In this document: positions 27,286 to 32,000 of the stretch, piece after piece
Layout of the letters: every line of letters starts with the position of its first letter
Position numbering within the stretch: the first letter of the stretch is position 1
Source: Synechococcus sp. A15-24
Lineage (GTDB): Bacteria > Cyanobacteriota > Cyanobacteriia > PCC-6307 > Cyanobiaceae
DNA length: 32,000 bases
Assembly: GCF_014280195.1 (NCBI RefSeq)
Contig: NZ_CP047960.1
Coordinates: 2,100,001 to 2,132,000, forward strand
Reading direction: 5' to 3'
Position numbers and translations under genes: made by a program
Notes under the pieces: generated by a model
Told to the model about the DNA's origin: nothing
Seen by the model: only the letters and a program-made list of their open reading frames with translations
Databases searched by the model: none

Positions 27286-28779
27286 TCAGGAGTTCATCAA
27301 CCTGCTGAACGTCTGAGTCATGCGTTCGACCAGACCCAGCTCGAAGGTTTTCTTCTCCTCGAGCGTAAAAGTCTTCAAACCAGCTTCCCGTGTTGCCATG
27401 ACCTTGGCAAATTCTGCCATCGCAGTCTGATTGTTGAGAAAGACGGCTTCAATCTGACTCTGACTGATTTCCTGGAGCAGCACATGACCAGTCGCTTGGA
27501 TCCAAGCCGTACGAGGAGCATCAGTGAGCGCAGAGATTTCTCCAAAAATGGATCCAGACTTAAGCTGTGCAACTTCCATCATTGAAGTCTCATCAGACGG
27601 ATCCGGGATGAGTACAGAGCAGATCCCTTCCATGATCACAAACATCGAGCCACCAATCTCTCCCTTGTTCACCACCATCTCACCAGGGCCAAAAGCCAAT
27701 ATGTTGTCATTACAGACAATGCCTTGAATCTCATCATCCGTTAAGGACGAAAAGAGCTCGATCTTTCTTAGTAAATTAAAACATTTTTCCTGCGCTTCGC
27801 TACTCCGCCGCTCACGCAATTGACGACGAGTTTGCTCGGTACGTAGATCGACAATCGAATGGGGCAGCGAATATCCATGACGCTCAATAGCATACCAAAC
27901 ACTTGAAAAAACCTGGGTTCGGATCCTATTACGAACAGCAAAGTCTGGCACAAAAAATTTCAGCGCATAATTAATTGAGTCGTTACCAATTGATCTGATC
28001 ACAACTGAGCTTCGATCCTTGTTAACGATTTCAACATTCGAGTCCAACACACTCTTCAAAACTCGCATCGCCTGACCAGGTGGCATATTCAGAGGAACGC
28101 CCACTTCGACCTCCAACCGATACTCGGCACGCGAGGGGCGTGAATAATTAATCGTTTTACTATGATCAATGAGCGAGTTAGGAACAACAATATAGCGATC
28201 ATCAGTGTCGTCATAAAGGTAAGTGCTATTCCAAGAAATATTATCGACACGGCCCATCTGGCCAGCAATTTCAACCCAATCACCAACCACATATTGACGC
28301 TCTACCTGAACAGCGAGAGCTGCTGAAATGTTGCTGATCTGCGTGGCAGAGCCTGGACCGACAATGAAGGCAAGACCACCCAGAACAGCCGCAGAACCCA
28401 CCGTTGTCAGCAGACCCTGGCTGTTAAGCTCAGCCGCCACAACAACGAAAGCTGCTGCCACAAGTGCCAAATCCTTGAGGATCCGCGGCGGGGCCACCCC
28501 TCGAGAACTCAAACGGATGACCAAAGCCCAAATCACATCGAGGGCCAGCTCCACGAAGGCGACATAGAGGCCGGTTTTGGCAACGACAGCGATCCAGTCG
28601 ACAATGTCTCCCTCGAGCCCAGCACCCTGCAGCCCATTACTCAGAAGAGCCGCCGCGAGTGATACGCGGAAAAACACCATGCTTGGGATGAGGCGACTCA
28701 ATCGACTTGACCCCAACTGACGAATTCTCCCAAGCAGGAATGTCAGCAGAAAAGGGATAATTAGCAGCAAACTTCCCAT
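27286..28779 (-). CDS. MscS-family mechanosensitive channel with C-terminal cyclic-nucleotide-binding domain (bCNG-type)
   Basis: 497 aa. It has N-terminal TM helices, an MscS pore/beta domain (GGLAFIVGPGSATQISNISAALAVQVERQYVVGDWVEIAGQMGRVDNISWNSTYL) and a cNMP-binding domain with the phosphate-binding cassette FGEISALTDAPRTAWIQA (Glu414, Arg423). Confidence 0.88.
   Translation of the reverse strand: MGSLLLIIPFLLTFLLGRIRQLGSSRLSRLIPSMVFFRVSLAAALLSNGLQGAGLEGDIVDWIAVVAKTGLYVAFVELALDVIWALVIRLSSRGVAPPRILKDLALVAAAFVVVAAELNSQGLLTTVGSAAVLGGLAFIVGPGSATQISNISAALAVQVERQYVVGDWVEIAGQMGRVDNISWNSTYLYDDTDDRYIVVPNSLIDHSKTINYSRPSRAEYRLEVEVGVPLNMPPGQAMRVLKSVLDSNVEIVNKDRSSVVIRSIGNDSINYALKFFVPDFAVRNRIRTQVFSSVWYAIERHGYSLPHSIVDLRTEQTRRQLRERRSSEAQEKCFNLLRKIELFSSLTDDEIQGIVCNDNILAFGPGEMVVNKGEIGGSMFVIMEGICSVLIPDPSDETSMMEVAQLKSGSIFGEISALTDAPRTAWIQATGHVLLQEISQSQIEAVFLNNQTAMAEFAKVMATREAGLKTFTLEEKKTFELGLVERMTQTFSRLMNS
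27415..27777 (-). other. Cyclic-nucleotide-binding domain of the MscS-type channel
   Basis: This covers aa ~335-455: LLRKIELFSSLTDDEIQGIV...GEMVVNKGEIGGSMFVIMEG...GSIFGEISALTDAPRTAWIQATGHVLLQEI. Confidence 0.85.
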
Positions 28780-28810
28780 CGCTCTTTATCGGTGACAGGT
28801 CAGAACGCAA

Positions 28811-29170
28811 TCATTTGATGATCATCACGCAAAGCACCCACAACAACTTGCAACCCAAGTGAAGAGCCTGGTCAACGATGAGCCTGTAACCAAGTCGACA
28901 TTTTCCGAAGTCGATCAGAAAATGACAGGCCATCTCTGCCAACCCTAGGACTGGAATGCCAGTCAAGATTGCGACAAAAAAGCCATGGGTTCCCGCATGA
29001 GCTGAGAGCCACCACCGCCAACTCAGAGTCACGTCCTTGCCAGGACATTTCTCAACCGCCATTTTGTCACCCTGCAGAGGGTAATCAGCGACAAAGTGAC
29101 CAAGCAGTAAAAGGATGAGGAGGTCCAACGGTTGAACTGCTGTATTTAGAAAAAGAGTCATGGCTGCCAT
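28811..29170 (-). CDS. Small polytopic membrane protein, DUF3307-like
   Basis: 119 aa (or 116 aa from ATG 29161). GHFVADYPLQ resembles the HxxxDxxLQ motif I associate with DUF3307. Further His residues sit in hydrophobic helices (SAHAGTHGFF, ACHFLIDF). It is co-directional with alaS (51 nt upstream) and the channel gene (31 nt downstream). Confidence 0.6.
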   Translation of the reverse strand: MAAMTLFLNTAVQPLDLLILLLLGHFVADYPLQGDKMAVEKCPGKDVTLSWRWWLSAHAGTHGFFVAILTGIPVLGLAEMACHFLIDFGKCRLGYRLIVDQALHLGCKLLWVLCVMIIK

Positions 29171-29221
29171 CCGTCATTACTCACCATCGTGACTGGTTGC
29201 TCGGTGAATTCAACCAGTGAG

Positions 29222-31918
29222 TCAAGCCTTGACCAAGACTGACCTGAGCTGATCACCCGCAGCGTCCAAGGCCGTCTGAAGACCAGCACCATCGCGACCA
29301 CCGGCCTGGGCCAGGTTCGGGCGGCCGCCGCCGCCGCCGCCACAGAGCTTGGCAATGCCGCCGATGAACTTTCCGGCCTGGAGCTTGGCGGCGATCACCT
29401 GCTTGCCGAAGGCCGCCACCAGGATCACCTTGCCCAGGTCGCCGGGATCCGGCAGACCGCCGATCACCACGGCCGCACCATCCCCCAGCTGATCCGCAAG
29501 GCTCTGGGCTGCCCCCTGCAAACCGGCACCATCCACGCCGTCGAGGCGTCCCACCAGCAGCTGGAACTCACCCACGGCCTCGGCCTTGGCAGCCAGAGCT
29601 CCGGCCTTGGCCACCGCCAGCTCCGCCTGCGCCGCTGCCAGCGCCTTGCCGGTGGCCTTGAGCTCCTCCTGCAGGGACGTCACCCGGTCAACGATCTCGG
29701 CCGGCTGGGCCTTGAAGCGATCCCCCAGCTGTGTCACCACCGCATCGCGCTCGTTCAGATAAGCGAGAACGGCCGGGCCAGCGACAGCTTCAATCCGGCG
29801 GATGCCGGCAGCTACGCCACTTTCCGCCACGATTTTGAACAGGCCGATCTCGGCGGTGTTCCCCACATGGGTGCCGCCGCAGAGCTCCATCGTGACACCG
29901 GGCACGTCGACCACACGCACGACATCGGCGTATTTCTCGCCGAACATCGCCACGGCACCAGCCGCCTTGGCCTGATCTATCGCCATCTCCTGCACCTCGA
30001 GGCTGTGGGCCTCAGCGATCCAGCCGTTGATCAACGTTTCGATCTGCGCCAATTGCTCAGCGGTGACCGCCGTCGGGCAATGGAAGTCGAAGCGCAGCCG
30101 GTCGAAGTCCACAAGGGAGCCCGCCTGGCCGATCCCCGGATCCACCACCTGCTTGAGCGCAGCCTGCAATAGGTGGGTGGCGGTGTGATTGGCCTGGGCC
30201 CGACGCCGGCAGCTCCGATCCACCTGGGCCTTGACGGTGTCCCCCACAGACAGATGACCGCGTTCCATCCGTCCGGAGTGCACGAACACATCGCGACTGC
30301 GACTCACGGAGTCGATGGCAACGATCGCGTCGACACCACTGAGCGATCCGCGATCGCCGACCTGACCACCGCCTTCGCCATAGAAGGGTGTGCTGTCGAG
30401 CACCACTTGCACGACATCTCCGGCCGACGCCGTTGAGGCCGGCGCCCCATTCACTACCAACGCCTGCACCGTGCTGGGCTGATCCAGGGCGTCGTAACCC
30501 TTGAACGCCGTAGCGGGCTGCTCAGCAGCCACCTGCTCGATCGCATCCTGCAGGGTGAGGTCAATGCTCACAGCCGCGGCCTTGGCCCGCTGACGCTGTT
30601 CCTCCATCGCCTCCTCAAAGCCCTCAAGGTCCACCGTGAGGCCCTGCTCTTCTGCGATTTCCTGGGTGAGCTCCAGGGGGAAGCCGTAGGTGTCGTAGAG
30701 CTCGAAGACCTGAGCGCCGGAGATCTGCTTTGGCTTGCTGGCCAGCACTTCCGCCAGCAGCTTCTCGCCCCGCTCGAGCGTCTCGAGGAAACGCGCCTCC
30801 TCCCGTTGAAGTTCGGCCAGGATCACCTTCTGGCGTTCGATCACGCTCGGGTGAGCCCCCTTCAGCAGGGCAATCGCCGCTTCCCCCATAGTCACCAGGA
30901 AGGGCTTGTCGATGCCCAGGAGGCGGCCATGGCGCACCACCCGGCGCAGCAGCCGCCGCAGGATGTAGCCGCGGCCCAGGTTGCTGGCGGTGACGCCATC
31001 GCAGATCAATTGGGTGACCGCACGGCTGTGGTCACCGATCACTTTCAACGACGTTTTGCCCTTGTCGTCGAGCTGCGCGTAGTCGACACCCGCCAGATCC
31101 GCCGCCGCCTGAATCAGCGGAAAGATCAAATCGGTTTCGTAGTTGTTGGGAACCTTCTGCAGGATCTGTGCCATCCGCTCGAGGCCCATGCCGGTGTCGA
31201 TGTTGCGGTTGGCCAGCGGCGTGAGGTTGCCCTCGGCGTCGCGGTCGTACTGCATGAACACCAGGTTGTAGTACTCGATGAAACGGTTGTCGTCCTCGAG
31301 ATCGATGCCGTCATCGCCGAGCTCCGGCTTGAAGTCGTAGTAGATCTCCGAGCAAGGGCCACAGGGGCCAGTGGGGCCAGAGGCCCAGAAGTTGTCGGCT
31401 TCATCCATGCGGATGATCCGCTTGGGGTTCACCCCCACCACATCCCGCCAGATCTGTTCGGCTTCGTCGTCCTCCTGGAAGACGCTCACCACCAGATTCT
31501 TGGGATCAATGCCGTACACCTGGGTGCTGAGTTCCCAGGCCCATTCGATCGCCTGCTGTTTGAAGTAGTCCCCAAAAGAGAAGTTGCCGAGCATCTCAAA
31601 AAACGTGTGATGCCGCGCTGTGCGGCCCACGTTCTCGATGTCGTTGGTGCGGATGCACTTCTGCGAACTGGTGGCCCTGGGAGCCGGCCGCTGCTGCTGC
31701 CCGAGAAACACCGGCTTGAAGGGCAGCATGCCGGCGATGGTGAGCAACACCGTCGGGTCCTCTGGAATCAACGACTCACTGGGCACGCGTTTGTGGCCGC
31801 GCTCGGCATAGAAGTTCAGGAAAGCCTCACGGATCTCCTCTCCGCTGCGGGGCTCAGACGCTGCAGAAGACGACGATGCGGCGGCGGCCATGGGAGGAAA
31901 TGGGGATCCAGCGGTCAT
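29222..31918 (-). CDS. alaS: Alanine--tRNA ligase
   Basis: 898 aa. It has SGEEIREAFLNFYAERGHKRVPSESLIPEDPTVLLTIAGM, HHTFFEMLGNFSFGDYFK, the editing-domain HTATHLL/CGGTHV, and the C-terminal GGGGGRPNLAQAGG. The start is ATG 31918 or ATG 31891. Confidence 0.97.
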   Translation of the reverse strand: MTAGSPFPPMAAAASSSSAASEPRSGEEIREAFLNFYAERGHKRVPSESLIPEDPTVLLTIAGMLPFKPVFLGQQQRPAPRATSSQKCIRTNDIENVGRTARHHTFFEMLGNFSFGDYFKQQAIEWAWELSTQVYGIDPKNLVVSVFQEDDEAEQIWRDVVGVNPKRIIRMDEADNFWASGPTGPCGPCSEIYYDFKPELGDDGIDLEDDNRFIEYYNLVFMQYDRDAEGNLTPLANRNIDTGMGLERMAQILQKVPNNYETDLIFPLIQAAADLAGVDYAQLDDKGKTSLKVIGDHSRAVTQLICDGVTASNLGRGYILRRLLRRVVRHGRLLGIDKPFLVTMGEAAIALLKGAHPSVIERQKVILAELQREEARFLETLERGEKLLAEVLASKPKQISGAQVFELYDTYGFPLELTQEIAEEQGLTVDLEGFEEAMEEQRQRAKAAAVSIDLTLQDAIEQVAAEQPATAFKGYDALDQPSTVQALVVNGAPASTASAGDVVQVVLDSTPFYGEGGGQVGDRGSLSGVDAIVAIDSVSRSRDVFVHSGRMERGHLSVGDTVKAQVDRSCRRRAQANHTATHLLQAALKQVVDPGIGQAGSLVDFDRLRFDFHCPTAVTAEQLAQIETLINGWIAEAHSLEVQEMAIDQAKAAGAVAMFGEKYADVVRVVDVPGVTMELCGGTHVGNTAEIGLFKIVAESGVAAGIRRIEAVAGPAVLAYLNERDAVVTQLGDRFKAQPAEIVDRVTSLQEELKATGKALAAAQAELAVAKAGALAAKAEAVGEFQLLVGRLDGVDGAGLQGAAQSLADQLGDGAAVVIGGLPDPGDLGKVILVAAFGKQVIAAKLQAGKFIGGIAKLCGGGGGGRPNLAQAGGRDGAGLQTALDAAGDQLRSVLVKA

Positions 31919-32000
31919 GATCGCCCGAGAGCCGCCGGCACCCTTGCCTGCCCAGCCAGATGACGCCGACGTACGCGCCCGACTGCGGCTGCAGTCGATT

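Noticed and set aside
29193-29217. Hairpin (A)CTGGTTG-N11-CAACCAG(T) just downstream of the alaS stop, as a possible terminator
   Set aside because: On the transcribed (minus) strand it is followed by CACGATGG, not a U-run. It sits 20-odd nt before the next co-directional gene, so it is not a convincing intrinsic terminator.
13649-29221. Mobile genetic element (integrative island, IS, prophage remnant) as carrier of the two low-GC blocks
   Set aside because: I recognised no integrase, transposase, recombinase, tRNA/tmRNA target or terminal inverted repeats. Horizontal origin is still suggested by composition, but I cannot call a mobile_element feature.

Overview
This is a compact, high-GC cyanobacterial-type chromosome segment. 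Hand-counted core lines are 63-73% GC. Gene content and order (secE-nusG-rplK; alaS/speA/ndk/thiO/gatB/coaE/argJ) suggest a marine Synechococcus-like picocyanobacterium, but that is inference and no search was run. I can support 24 protein-coding genes and saw no rRNA, tRNA, CRISPR array, integrase or transposase. Housekeeping genes are packed with 1-4 nt start/stop overlaps and convergent 3' overlaps. Two accessory blocks of atypical composition (sample lines down to 33-40% GC) interrupt the core. Block A (13649-22215) holds an exported CHAT protease, a ~1763-aa two-partner-secretion exoprotein and a divergent ShlB/FhaC-type TpsB transporter. The exoprotein carries a TPS domain, a PA14 domain, near-identical autotransporter-type beta-strand repeats, (PE)19, 13 octapeptide repeats, and an S/T-rich plus acidic tail. 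Block B (24717-29170) holds a CHASE2-class III nucleotide cyclase whose ATG overlaps the speA stop, a secreted DUF928-like protein, a cNMP-binding MscS (bCNG-type) channel and a DUF3307-like membrane protein. Only ndk-speA separates the two blocks, and every product is envelope-targeted. I propose they form one uncharacterised envelope secretion/sensing system: TPS-CHAT plus CHASE2-cNMP-channel plus DUF928. Caveats: all domain calls come from reading motifs by eye, many starts are ambiguous (GTG/TTG), and the tpsB signal peptide appears split between two reading frames.
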